A stretch of DNA of 64,000 nt from Candidatus Omnitrophota bacterium (GTDB lineage Bacteria > Omnitrophota > Gorgyraeia > Zapsychrales > Fredricksoniimonadaceae): the NCBI GenBank assembly GCA_903860135.1, contig CAIOPG010000004.1, positions 185,687-249,686 of the forward strand, in the 5' to 3' direction. The number at the start of each line of letters is the position of its first letter. The stretch's first letter is position 1. A model generated the notes under the pieces. It did no database searches. It saw nothing but the letters and a program-made list of their open reading frames with translations, and was not told where the DNA came from. Positions 1 to 9,558 of this stretch are shown here, one piece after another. The translations under genes were made by a program, and so were the position numbers.

Positions 1-173
1 TAACGCATGGTAACCGTCTGCACCACCCCGTCCCAAACACAATCCATGGCATATTTCCCGCAGAGATCCTCCAGGGTCGTCCCCGAATCCGCTCGATGCC
101 CCCCGCGCGGACTTGTCGCGCACCCCGCCAAAGCAACCAAAAAAACTGCAGCCAGCATATGGCACCAGAACAT
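1..173 (-). CDS. Lipoprotein, 5' part only (gene continues past window start); possible secretin-associated pilotin/PilP-like partner
   Basis: Hand translation of minus strand from ATG at 173-171: MFWCHMLAAVFLVALAGCATSPRGG..., a classic lipobox (LAGC) after a hydrophobic h-region. The ATG overlaps the secretin TGA stop by 1 nt, suggesting translational coupling. Not in the ORF track because it runs off the window. Confidence 0.35.
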   Translation of the reverse strand, partial: MFWCHMLAAVFLVALAGCATSPRGGHRADSGTTLEDLCGKYAMDCVWDGVVQTVTMR

Positions 174-1657
174 CACGGCTCACCCCCCGGAAGATCCGCA
201 CCTTCATCTGAGAATGCCTGCGAGAGGGAAACACTGCGGACTGTCAGAAAAATGGCAAATTCTTCATGACGCACAGCGCCGTCCATACGAAACGCAAACC
301 CCAGCAGGGGCAAATCGCCGAGCAACGGGATCTTGTGTGCCGCCGAGATCTGTTCGGAAATCAGGATACCGCCGATCACCGCCGTATACCCTTCCCGAGA
401 ACTCAACGTGTGAAAACGCTCTGGGGCCATTACGACTTTTCCTGCCAGGTGTGAACGCGCCAGGGTGATCGCTGTCACGACATCTCCGGTCACATCAAAA
501 GAAGGCCTGACTTTGAATTCCATGGACGTTCCCGCCAGCGCGCGCGGCAACGCCTCCTTGCCGGTATCAAGCACGGGCTCAGCCGCTATCGCCAGAAGCG
601 GATCGTCGAGCCTCAGGATAGCCGACGCCTGATCATCCCCCGAAACCGTCACCGATGACAATGGATATTCCTGAACAATGCCCACCGTGTCCAACGCCTC
701 GATCAAGGTCGCGAATTCATCACTGGCGATCATGCCCAGCCCCAGGGCGCGACCGCTGTTGCCCTCGGCCAGAAAATCATACCCCGCCGGAAGCCGCACC
801 CGCTGATAATCCTCCACAATACCCGCCCAATCCACGCCGCCGCGATGTTCGTCATCGAGCAAGATACGCACCAGCTTGGCCTCAAGGACCATAACCCGGC
901 CGCGCGCATCGGCCGCCGCCACAGCCCGGCGTACCTTTTCAAGACGGGCCAGGGTATCGGTGACCGTGAGCGTATTGGCCTTGGCATCGGCATCAACCGC
1001 CCCGATGCCACGGGTCAGGAGGTCCCGCACTTCGGGCACCAATGCCTCAACCATCACATGCCTGAGCGCGATGACCACCGTAGAAACCGGCACATCAACC
1101 TCGACCAGCAGTCTTTCCATCTCTTTGACCTTGGCGCGGTCATCCATGATAAAAATAGTCCCGGCCTCCTCGTTGGCCACGAGCTTACCCTTGGCGCTCT
1201 TCATTTCATCGAGAATTTTGAAAGCATCACGCAGCGGCATCACATGCAGTTTGACGAGCTTGGAAACAAGATCCTGCCCAAAGGCATAGCCGTAACGGGA
1301 CTTGAACTCATCGCCGGCCATGACCCGGATGATCCCGCCCTCTTCGACCGAAGCAAACCCGCCGGATTCAAGCACAGTCCGCAACGCTTCACGGGCATCG
1401 ACATGCTTGAGAAAGACCGTAATATTACCCCGGACATCTTTCCCGGCAATGATGTTCAGCCCGCTCTTCTGGGCAATGATCTCGATGGCTTTGGAAATGT
1501 CCGTATCCTTGAGTGCCAGCTCGTCAATGACCGGGCCGCCGAGCATGAGTGTCGCGGCCGTTGCTGAAGGCAACGCATATCTCTCCTGCTCCGCCCTCGC
1601 TGGAGAAAGAAATACGCACAAAATAAAGGCTATAAGGAGACAAGGTATTTTTTTCAT
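173..1657 (-). CDS. Type II/IV secretion system secretin (GspD/PilQ family)
   Basis: Signal peptide MKKIPCLLIAFILCVFLSPARA (ATG at 1657 preferred over the TTG at 1702 reported by the track). N0/secretin_N-like N-terminal domains. C-terminal secretin motif IPLLGDLPLLGFAFR. Confidence 0.85.
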   Translation of the reverse strand: MKKIPCLLIAFILCVFLSPARAEQERYALPSATAATLMLGGPVIDELALKDTDISKAIEIIAQKSGLNIIAGKDVRGNITVFLKHVDAREALRTVLESGGFASVEEGGIIRVMAGDEFKSRYGYAFGQDLVSKLVKLHVMPLRDAFKILDEMKSAKGKLVANEEAGTIFIMDDRAKVKEMERLLVEVDVPVSTVVIALRHVMVEALVPEVRDLLTRGIGAVDADAKANTLTVTDTLARLEKVRRAVAAADARGRVMVLEAKLVRILLDDEHRGGVDWAGIVEDYQRVRLPAGYDFLAEGNSGRALGLGMIASDEFATLIEALDTVGIVQEYPLSSVTVSGDDQASAILRLDDPLLAIAAEPVLDTGKEALPRALAGTSMEFKVRPSFDVTGDVVTAITLARSHLAGKVVMAPERFHTLSSREGYTAVIGGILISEQISAAHKIPLLGDLPLLGFAFRMDGAVRHEEFAIFLTVRSVSLSQAFSDEGADLPGGEP

Positions 1658-1727
1658 ATATTTAATGCACGTTATTGTCTTGGAATTGACAAAGACTGTC
1701 AATGGTTAAAGCCGGATTGTTTCTCGC

Positions 1728-3497
1728 TCACGTCCGCATGAAGTGGCGGTCGAGGAAACTGGCGCGCAATTCGATAAAGACAGGCCGGCCATGAGGGCAG
1801 GTAAAAGGGTTCGCACAGGCCATCAGGGCGCGTACCTGATGCAGGGCTTCCGTATCCTGCATGCGGTCGCCGGCCATGACCGAGGCGCGGCAGGCGCGAC
1901 GGGCCAAAGCATCGTGGTCAGATAAAGGGAAAGGTTCATCGGATAATAAAGCCCGTGCGGCATCCTCAGGGCGCGCCAGCAGGACAGGGGCGGTATGCAG
2001 CGCGATCGTGTCCCTGCCCGCCGCGGTAGTTTCAAAACCAAAAAGAAAAAGACGCTCCCCGGCCTCCTCGAAAACAACCTGTTCGCGCGGAGAAAGTTTC
2101 AATACCAAAGGCACCAGAAGACGCTGGACTTCCACCTTGCCGGCAACAACCTGGGCAGAAAACTTTTCAAAGAGGATCCTTTCCTGGGCGGCATGCTGGT
2201 CGATCACAAACAGGGCATCCCCGTCCTCAAAAAGATGGTAGGTACGGGCAAAAGTGCCGATGAAACGCGCGCGGGCAAGGCGGTCTTTCAACGTGTCTTC
2301 CCGTTCTTCAACGTAACGCGCGGCGAATCCGGGGAACACGCCTTGCGCGGGAACACCCGGCACTGACGGTGATGCAATGCGCGCGGATGATAGGGGCTGA
2401 CTGACGACGGGTAAATCCTCGGGCATGGGGAATAATGGCGTTGCGGGCTCAACAGGCCGGACAGGCCTGCCGGGCGCAAACGGCGCCGCGATCTCCCGCG
2501 CCCCACCCTGGCTCATCAAAAGATGTTCAGCTTGCGCACGCAGCAAGCCGCCCAGGCGGGCTTCCTGCCGGATACGCACCTCACGCTTGGCCGGATGGAT
2601 ATTCACATCCACATCTTCCGGCGGAATATCCAAAAAAATGGCAAACGCAGGATGAACGCCGTCGGGCATGATCATGCGGTACACATCATTGACATGAAAG
2701 AAGATCGCGCGGCTCTGCACCGGGCGGCCATTGACAAAGAGGAACTGCAGGTCGCGGCGCGGGCGCTGGATATTAATATCACCTAAGATCAACCGCACGG
2801 CAAAACCTTCCGCCGATACCGCCTTTTCACCGGCAATAATGTAGCGCTCTTCGAGGTTAAGGGCCGCCGCAAAACGCCCCGCCACCGAGGCTGACACAAG
2901 ATCCAGCAAGGTGCGGCCATTATGGGTCAGCAGGAATGAATGTCCCGGATACAACAACGCGTACGGCAGGACAACATGCAGGACCTGCTCAAGCTCGGCG
3001 GGATCGCTCTTGAGGAATTTCTTGCGGGCAGGCGTATTAAAGAAAAGCTCTTGCACACGCATCTCCGTCCCCTGCTCCGGCATGACCGCCGGGCATGCCG
3101 CCCCTTTCGCCCCGCCGTGCACCTCCATCGCCCAGGCCTCGTCCACACCGGCAACACGGCTTTTGATATGAACCTCTGCCACCGCACCAATGGAATAAAG
3201 CGCTTCACCTCGAAACCCGAGCGAGAGGACATTCTCAAGGTCAGCGGCCGTTGCTATCTTGCTTGTGGCGTGACGCTGGAACAGGAGCGCAAGATCATCC
3301 GGCGCGATCCCCTGACCGTTATCGCGGACATGAATAAGCGTTTTCCCGCCATCTTTAAGATGCACCTCAACGCGCGTGGCACCGGCGTCGAGGGCATTCT
3401 CAACAAGCTCCTTCACGACCGAGGCCGGACGTTCCACCACCTCGCCAGCAGCAATGCGCGCGATCAGCGCCGGTGAAAGAACATGGACAATAGGCAT
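1728..3497 (-). CDS. mutL: DNA mismatch repair protein MutL
   Basis: N-terminal GHKL ATPase motifs IARIAAGEVVERPASVVKELVENALDAGATRVEV. ATG at 3497 (MPIVHV) has AAGGA RBS 9 nt upstream; track start at 3515 is TTG. Immediately downstream of mutS. Confidence 0.9.
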   Translation of the reverse strand: MPIVHVLSPALIARIAAGEVVERPASVVKELVENALDAGATRVEVHLKDGGKTLIHVRDNGQGIAPDDLALLFQRHATSKIATAADLENVLSLGFRGEALYSIGAVAEVHIKSRVAGVDEAWAMEVHGGAKGAACPAVMPEQGTEMRVQELFFNTPARKKFLKSDPAELEQVLHVVLPYALLYPGHSFLLTHNGRTLLDLVSASVAGRFAAALNLEERYIIAGEKAVSAEGFAVRLILGDINIQRPRRDLQFLFVNGRPVQSRAIFFHVNDVYRMIMPDGVHPAFAIFLDIPPEDVDVNIHPAKREVRIRQEARLGGLLRAQAEHLLMSQGGAREIAAPFAPGRPVRPVEPATPLFPMPEDLPVVSQPLSSARIASPSVPGVPAQGVFPGFAARYVEEREDTLKDRLARARFIGTFARTYHLFEDGDALFVIDQHAAQERILFEKFSAQVVAGKVEVQRLLVPLVLKLSPREQVVFEEAGERLFLFGFETTAAGRDTIALHTAPVLLARPEDAARALLSDEPFPLSDHDALARRACRASVMAGDRMQDTEALHQVRALMACANPFTCPHGRPVFIELRASFLDRHFMRT

Positions 3498-3511
3498 AAG
3501 GCAAATCCTTC

Positions 3512-6052
3512 TCAAGCAACCAGTTTTTTAAGTTCATTCAACTTCGCAAGAGCAGCCAACGGTGTCATGGTGTTCACATCCAGCCCGGCAACCTCTAGGG
3601 CCAAAGCCGCATGGCGAGGGTCTTCACCCTTCGCTGAAGAAAAAAGATCAGGTTCTGCGTTAGCCGGCTTCGCGCCACGCAAGCGCTCCCTCAGGGCCCC
3701 GTCGCGTTCCAATCCGGCGAGTATTTTCTTCGCACGATGGACCACCGCCACCGGCATCCCGGCGAGTGTCGCCACGTAGATCCCGTAACTGTCATCCGTA
3801 CCTCCGGGAACGATCTTGTGCAGAAAAATGATCTTGTCTCCCCATTCCCGCACCGCGACATTGTAATTCTTCACCCCGCGGTACTGGTCAGCCAGAAGGG
3901 TCAACTCATGAAAATGTGTCGCAAAGAAAGTGCGGGCCTTTTTCTCGGCCAAAAATTCCGCCAGTGCCCAGGCCAGCGCCAAACCGTCGTACGTCGACGT
4001 GCCACGCCCGACCTCATCAAGGATCACAAGGCTTTGGGGTGTCAAATTATTAAGGATATCCGCCGCCTCGGTCATCTCGACCATGAACGTGCTTTGCCCC
4101 CGGGCGATCTCATCATGCGCACCGATGCGCGTGAAGATCTTGTCCACCACGCCGATCCGCGCCAGTGAAGCCGGGATGAAACTGCCTGTCTGCGCCAGGA
4201 TGACCAGAAGGGCATTCTGACGGATATATGTTGATTTACCCGCCATATTAGGGCCGGTCAGGATGATCAGATGCTCGCCGGTGCGGTCCATGCGCGTGTC
4301 ATTGGGGATAAACTCCGCCGGGCGCAAAGCCTCAACCACCGGATGCCGCCCGTCAGAAATAAAGAGCTCGTCACCATCGGTAACCTGCGGGCGGATATAA
4401 CCACGGCGCGATGCCAGCAAGCTCAGGCTGTAAAGAACGTCGATCATGGCCAGTTCCCGGCAATACTGATGCAGGGCCGCCGCCTGGGCAATGATACCGG
4501 CCGTCAGTTCCTTCATGAGCGCCGCCTCGATGCGCAAAACCTTTTCTTCGGCGGAAAGAACCCGTTGTTCAAACTCCTTTAATTCAGGCGTGATGTAACG
4601 TTCGCCGTTGGCAAGGGTCTGCTTGCGCTGATAATCCGGCGGCACAGCCTTCACATTGGCCTGCGTGATCTCAATGTAATAACCAAACACCCGGTTAAAC
4701 CCGACCTTGAGCGAATTGATCCCTGTCCGGCGAACTTCCTGCGCTTGATATGCGGCCAGCCAGGCGCGCCCGCCTTCTTGCAGGTCTTTCAGGGCATCGA
4801 GTTCTGCGTTGTAACCCCGGGCAATGACCTTGCCCTCGTTCTTGGCCAATGGCATCTGGGGATCAATGGCACGCTCCAGTTGTTCTCTCAGCGCAGGCAT
4901 ATCCGCCAGCACCAGGAACTGGCTTCTCCCGTCAAAAGGCAACAAGGCCGCGCGCAATTCTGGTCCGCGGCATAGTGCCTGGCGCACCACCAGCAGGTCT
5001 TTGGGCGCCGCGCAATTACAGCTCAAGCGTGATAAACTTTTTTCGACATCCGGGATATTTCTAAGAAGCCTTCCGCCGAGGTCGGAACCCAGACTGGGAT
5101 TTTCCAGCACAAGCGCCACCGCATCCTGCCGTGCCCTGATCTTCAGCACATCCTTTAAAGGATGATACAACCAGAAACGCATGGCCCGTCGCCCCATGGG
5201 CGTCAGCGTCCGGTCAATATTCTTTAACAAGGCCTCCATCTCAAGGCCGTGATGCGCGGCCGGTGCGATGAACACATATTCCCCGTCGTCATAAAGCGCG
5301 ATGCGGTCCACATGCGCCAGGGGCACCTTGTTCATCTCGCGCAGGTATTCCAGCAAGGCACCCGCAGCCGCCTGCGCCAGTGGCAAATCTTCAATGCCAA
5401 ACCCGCGCAGGGAATGGGTGCCGAAATGAGCACACACGGTGGCATACGCCCGCGCGCTGGCGAACGACCAATCGCGAAACGGTGTCATGACCGTATCCTT
5501 GAGCCTCAAGAGCGGATGGGCAAAAATATCAGGCTTTGCCTCTTCCGGGAACACACATTCGTTCAACCGCAGTTTCGCGAGCGCTTCCAACGTACGCGAA
5601 GCCGAGAACTGATTAACAAGGATCGCCCCGGTGGCCGTATCCGTGAACGCCAGGCCATACTGCTTGCCGTCGGAAACGATCGCCGCGATATGCCGGGCCT
5701 CAGAGGCCTCATCCAGATAAGTCCCCGCCGTTATGATCCGCACGACCTCGCGCCGGACAAGCCCCTTGGCCAGCACCGGATCCTCAACCTGCTCACAGAT
5801 CGCCACCTTCTTCCCGGCCTTCACGAGGCGGGCAATGTAATTGTCTGCGGAATGATACGGCACCCCGCACATGGGCACGCGTTTTTCGCCTGTGCCGCGT
5901 GATGTCAGGACAAGGTCCAATATGGCAGAAGCTTCGTGCGCATCGTCATAAAACATCTCATAAAAATCACCGAGCCGGAAAAAAAGGATACACTCCTTGT
6001 GACGTGACTTGATCTCGGCATACTGCTTTTGCATCGGCGTGGCGTTGTCCAT
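3512..6052 (-). CDS. mutS: DNA mismatch repair protein MutS
   Basis: 846 aa. N-terminal mismatch-binding region MQKQYAEIKSRHKECILFFRLGDFYEMFYDDA. Walker A GPNMAGKSTYIRQ. Typical MutS length and order with mutL. Confidence 0.95.
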   Translation of the reverse strand: MDNATPMQKQYAEIKSRHKECILFFRLGDFYEMFYDDAHEASAILDLVLTSRGTGEKRVPMCGVPYHSADNYIARLVKAGKKVAICEQVEDPVLAKGLVRREVVRIITAGTYLDEASEARHIAAIVSDGKQYGLAFTDTATGAILVNQFSASRTLEALAKLRLNECVFPEEAKPDIFAHPLLRLKDTVMTPFRDWSFASARAYATVCAHFGTHSLRGFGIEDLPLAQAAAGALLEYLREMNKVPLAHVDRIALYDDGEYVFIAPAAHHGLEMEALLKNIDRTLTPMGRRAMRFWLYHPLKDVLKIRARQDAVALVLENPSLGSDLGGRLLRNIPDVEKSLSRLSCNCAAPKDLLVVRQALCRGPELRAALLPFDGRSQFLVLADMPALREQLERAIDPQMPLAKNEGKVIARGYNAELDALKDLQEGGRAWLAAYQAQEVRRTGINSLKVGFNRVFGYYIEITQANVKAVPPDYQRKQTLANGERYITPELKEFEQRVLSAEEKVLRIEAALMKELTAGIIAQAAALHQYCRELAMIDVLYSLSLLASRRGYIRPQVTDGDELFISDGRHPVVEALRPAEFIPNDTRMDRTGEHLIILTGPNMAGKSTYIRQNALLVILAQTGSFIPASLARIGVVDKIFTRIGAHDEIARGQSTFMVEMTEAADILNNLTPQSLVILDEVGRGTSTYDGLALAWALAEFLAEKKARTFFATHFHELTLLADQYRGVKNYNVAVREWGDKIIFLHKIVPGGTDDSYGIYVATLAGMPVAVVHRAKKILAGLERDGALRERLRGAKPANAEPDLFSSAKGEDPRHAALALEVAGLDVNTMTPLAALAKLNELKKLVA

Positions 6053-6199
6053 GGTGCATTGTTATAGCATAATAATGCCATGGAGAAAACCAATATCCAT
6101 CCCTTCCTTCAGCCCTCTTTTATAAAAAAACAATATTTTTAAACCTGAACAGGTTATATTGTGTAAATATATATAAAAATTAATAGCATACGAGGCGAT

Positions 6200-7204
6200 A
6201 TGAAAAAATCATTCTTCCTGTTTTCCTTTTTATGTTTCAGCCTGACCAGCTTCACCGGTCCTGTTTCCAGTGCCGAAACAACAAAAACCAATGCCCCGGA
6301 TAATAAAGCCGCGGCCACGATCAAACCACGCAAATACACGCTGAACATCATGGAATTGACCAACGCTCAAAATTACCGTTATGGCCGGGAAATGTTCCTG
6401 ACCGGCAACTACCCGGAAGCCGTGCGCACCTTCAGGGAGATCCTGCGCCTCGACTGCCGCAACAGGCTCGCGCAATACCACCTGATGAAGATCGCCTCCA
6501 TGGACCCTGACTACAGCTATCTGCTGGACGAACTGAAACACCTGCCGTGTACCGCCTATGATTTTGTCAAAGAAGATTTTTTGCCCGCCTCCATTTATTA
6601 CGAAAAAGATACCGACATCCTCCTCGCCCAGATCATTGCTTACAATAAACGCCAGCGCCTGACTGAGAGCGAAATGAAGACCCAAGCCGGGAAATACAAC
6701 GACCTGGTCGCAGGTCTCGAAGCCAGGATCACCAACCTGACCGGAGACAACCCCAGAAAGCTGTCTGCCGCCGCCAGAGCCGCCCAGCTTCTTAAAGATG
6801 AACGCGCCGCCCGCAAGGCCGAGAAATATATCGTTTACCTCAAGGAGGAAGTTTCCTCCGACCGCATGAGCCAACAGAAAAATCTTCAAGACATGCGCAC
6901 CCGGCTGTCAGCGGCAGACAATTCGATCAGTGAAACCGGCGAAGACGGCGCGGCCGCCATGACCGAACCTCATTCCCCCAAAGCACTGTCGCTGATGGAA
7001 GCCATCGCCAAAGCCAGAGCTGAACTTGAAGGCAAGGAAAAAGCCTTTGCCAGGAAAGATATCGATCTCGCCAGCTTGCAAGCGCGTTTCAATGATATCC
7101 TGCACCGCCTGAAGATCATCCAGAAAACGATTGCAGAAAAGAACAGCCAGATCAAGTCCCTTGAAAACAACCTTCAATCCATCCAGGACCGCTCTAAATT
7201 ATGA
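6200..7204 (+). CDS. Secreted coiled-coil protein, hypothetical
   Basis: Signal peptide MKKSFFLFSFLCFSLTSFTGPVSSA. GAGG RBS 5-8 nt upstream of ATG. Long heptad-like, charged, Q/K/E-rich C-terminal half. ATGA overlap with next gene. Confidence 0.6.
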   Translation: MKKSFFLFSFLCFSLTSFTGPVSSAETTKTNAPDNKAAATIKPRKYTLNIMELTNAQNYRYGREMFLTGNYPEAVRTFREILRLDCRNRLAQYHLMKIASMDPDYSYLLDELKHLPCTAYDFVKEDFLPASIYYEKDTDILLAQIIAYNKRQRLTESEMKTQAGKYNDLVAGLEARITNLTGDNPRKLSAAARAAQLLKDERAARKAEKYIVYLKEEVSSDRMSQQKNLQDMRTRLSAADNSISETGEDGAAAMTEPHSPKALSLMEAIAKARAELEGKEKAFARKDIDLASLQARFNDILHRLKIIQKTIAEKNSQIKSLENNLQSIQDRSKL

Positions 7205-9558
7205 AAAGAAAAATCCTGATCTCTTTCCTGTGCGCTGTTTTTTGCCTGACACAAAATCTGCCTGTTTTCGCCCAGGACCCTGTTGCCACCAATAAAGAAT
7301 TAGTGGGGCTGGAACAGCTCGCCACGGACATCACCACGGCCAAGGACGCCATTAAAAGCTATCAGAACAACGAAAAAGACCTTACCAACATGATCCGCGA
7401 CCTCATCACAGAGAACGACGCGCTTTACACGTCGCTTTCCAAACGTTCGCGTGAAGTCGCCGAACTGCGCGCCAAATTCTACGGCATCCCCTATAACCAA
7501 GCTTACAACAAAGCCATGACGGATATGCCACCTGACCGCGTTCCCCAGCGCTTGCATCCTGATGATGATACACTACCGGTTCCCGTGCCCATGATCGACC
7601 TCGAAACCCCAACGATCGTTACCAACGACCCTGTCTCTGGGAAGAACAGGCAGGAGATCGACGATCTCATCGCCGACATTGCCATACTTCATCAAGCAAA
7701 GAACACCTCACGCAATCCTCAGGCTCTAGCTGACAAGAAAGCTGAAGCTTCCCTGCAGGCTAAAAAAGAAATGCTCCTGCTTGAAATACAAACATTGTCT
7801 GAAAAACAAGAACGCCTGACCGAAAAACAAAAATCCACTGAGGTCAAGATCAAAGAAAAAGTCGATAATCTCCAGGATCTGGAAGCCCCTAAGAAAACAG
7901 CCGAAAGCCATCCAGCCAAAGCAGTGCCAGCTCCGAAGAAAGAACCTGAAAGCCGCACCTCCAAAACTGTCCCATCTTCAAGAAAAGAACCTGAAAGCCG
8001 CACCACCCAAGCCATACCAACACCAAAGAAAACAGCTGAAGTCCAGCCTGTCAAAGTGCCACGCCCGACCAAGAAAGCCATTGAAACACTGCAAGTCAGA
8101 AAGAACACGCTGGTTAAAAAAGTGGCGACATTATCCGAGAAACAAAAGAGCCTCATCCGGGAACAAACCCCCGCTGTCAAAATCGCCGAAGCGAAACACA
8201 ACAGCAACGATACGGTCGGATCCCTACTGCAAGCCAAGAAAGACCGCCTGATCCAGGAAATCAGAAAAATCTCCGAAGAACAGCTCATCATTACCGCTCG
8301 ACAAAATGCAGGTAGCCACCAAACCGTCGTTGCGCCTATACCTTCCCAAAAAGAGCCTGCCCGAAGCTTACAGGCCAAGAAAGACCTTCTGACTGAAAAG
8401 ACCAAGTCTCTGGCTGAAAAACAACACAGCCTTGTCGCCCTGAAGCAAGAGTTAACCACGATCAACAAAGGCTTAAAGAACGCCAACAACCGTTATCTGG
8501 AAGCGATCAACAAGATCGACAACTATTATCGGGATATCAAAGGGGAAGTCTCGGGAAAGAACTACGTCCGCCAAACAATGTTCGCCAATCTGCTCAAGGA
8601 TTACACTCAGAAAACAAAAGAAGCCAACATGATCTGGAGTGCCGTCCGTAGCCGCGACAAGACCCTCCAGCAATTCAAGATGAAACTCGCCGAGCAAAAC
8701 ACCCGCATCAAAAACATCGATGACAATATGCTTGCCATGGATATTCAACTGGGCACTTACAAGGCAATGCTAACGCAATACAGGAACGAACTCGAACGCC
8801 GCGCCACGCTGATCCGAGACCAGAAAAAACTCCTCGACATGACCGACCAGAAACTGACAGAGGCTTCCACAAAAGTTTCCGTCATCGAAAAGACCCTCGA
8901 AGAAAGTAATGCCGCGCTCACCCGTATGCCGACCGGGATAGACCGCATCAGGCAAATGCTCATCCGGAAAGACAAAGCCATCAAAAAAATAAATGAAACC
9001 ATCAACCTCCGGCAAGAACACAATACCGGCAAGATCAACACCCTTAAAGATCAGGTCTTTGTCCAAACTGCCCACGCCGAAAAGCTAGTCGCTGAGAATG
9101 CGGAGATCACCGGACGCCTTGACACCAGCAGGAAAGAATTGGAAACTGCCAACGAACGCATCCGTTTCCTCGAACGCAGCCTCGAAAATATGGTCATCCG
9201 GTTGAAAGCCAACCGTATCCCCGTCGCCGCTCCGTCGACCAAAGATCTCGATGACAAGATCATGGATCTGGAAGCCAAGCTTGACCGTAAAGAAGTCCAG
9301 CTCGAAGAAGCCCGGACAAGGATATTCGACCTCACCCACCAGCCCAACACCCCGGCACCCGTCATCAAGCCAACAGCACCCCTAAGTCCGGCGGCTGAAG
9401 ATGCGCTCGCCCGCGCACGCATTACTGTGGCCGAACTGACAGCCAAACTTGAAAGCAACCTCGCCGAGATCGGCCGGTTGAAAGAACTGCTGGGCATTAA
9501 AGAAAAAGAATACCCGCAGACAAAGAAACCCTCAGGCCAGGTCGCGCAAAAACCTTGA
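7201..9558 (+). CDS. Secreted coiled-coil repeat protein, hypothetical
   Basis: Signal peptide MKRKILISFLCAVFCLTQNLPVFAQDP. Four copies of an LQAKK..L...SEKQ motif. Duplicated KKEPESRT segment (21-bp direct repeat near 7939 and 7984). Highly charged coiled-coil throughout. Confidence 0.6.
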   Translation: MKRKILISFLCAVFCLTQNLPVFAQDPVATNKELVGLEQLATDITTAKDAIKSYQNNEKDLTNMIRDLITENDALYTSLSKRSREVAELRAKFYGIPYNQAYNKAMTDMPPDRVPQRLHPDDDTLPVPVPMIDLETPTIVTNDPVSGKNRQEIDDLIADIAILHQAKNTSRNPQALADKKAEASLQAKKEMLLLEIQTLSEKQERLTEKQKSTEVKIKEKVDNLQDLEAPKKTAESHPAKAVPAPKKEPESRTSKTVPSSRKEPESRTTQAIPTPKKTAEVQPVKVPRPTKKAIETLQVRKNTLVKKVATLSEKQKSLIREQTPAVKIAEAKHNSNDTVGSLLQAKKDRLIQEIRKISEEQLIITARQNAGSHQTVVAPIPSQKEPARSLQAKKDLLTEKTKSLAEKQHSLVALKQELTTINKGLKNANNRYLEAINKIDNYYRDIKGEVSGKNYVRQTMFANLLKDYTQKTKEANMIWSAVRSRDKTLQQFKMKLAEQNTRIKNIDDNMLAMDIQLGTYKAMLTQYRNELERRATLIRDQKKLLDMTDQKLTEASTKVSVIEKTLEESNAALTRMPTGIDRIRQMLIRKDKAIKKINETINLRQEHNTGKINTLKDQVFVQTAHAEKLVAENAEITGRLDTSRKELETANERIRFLERSLENMVIRLKANRIPVAAPSTKDLDDKIMDLEAKLDRKEVQLEEARTRIFDLTHQPNTPAPVIKPTAPLSPAAEDALARARITVAELTAKLESNLAEIGRLKELLGIKEKEYPQTKKPSGQVAQKP

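Noticed and set aside
7-468. 153-aa plus-strand ORF at window start
   Set aside because: Overlaps the secretin 3' end and the lipoprotein ORF on the opposite strand. Pro/Arg-rich.
845-1567. 240-aa plus ORF and other antisense ORFs inside the secretin gene
   Set aside because: Antisense to a well-supported secretin.
1657-1702. Track start (TTG at 1702) for secretin and similar TTG/GTG starts (mutL 3515, nth 22376, GH 29856, GH94 35675, mnmE 14894)
   Set aside because: The track prints M for TTG/GTG. Downstream in-frame ATGs with Shine-Dalgarno sequences, and for the secretin a proper signal peptide, were preferred.
7719-8489. 256-aa minus ORF inside coiled-coil gene 2
   Set aside because: Cys/Ser/Phe-rich antisense of a lysine/glutamate-rich coding frame.
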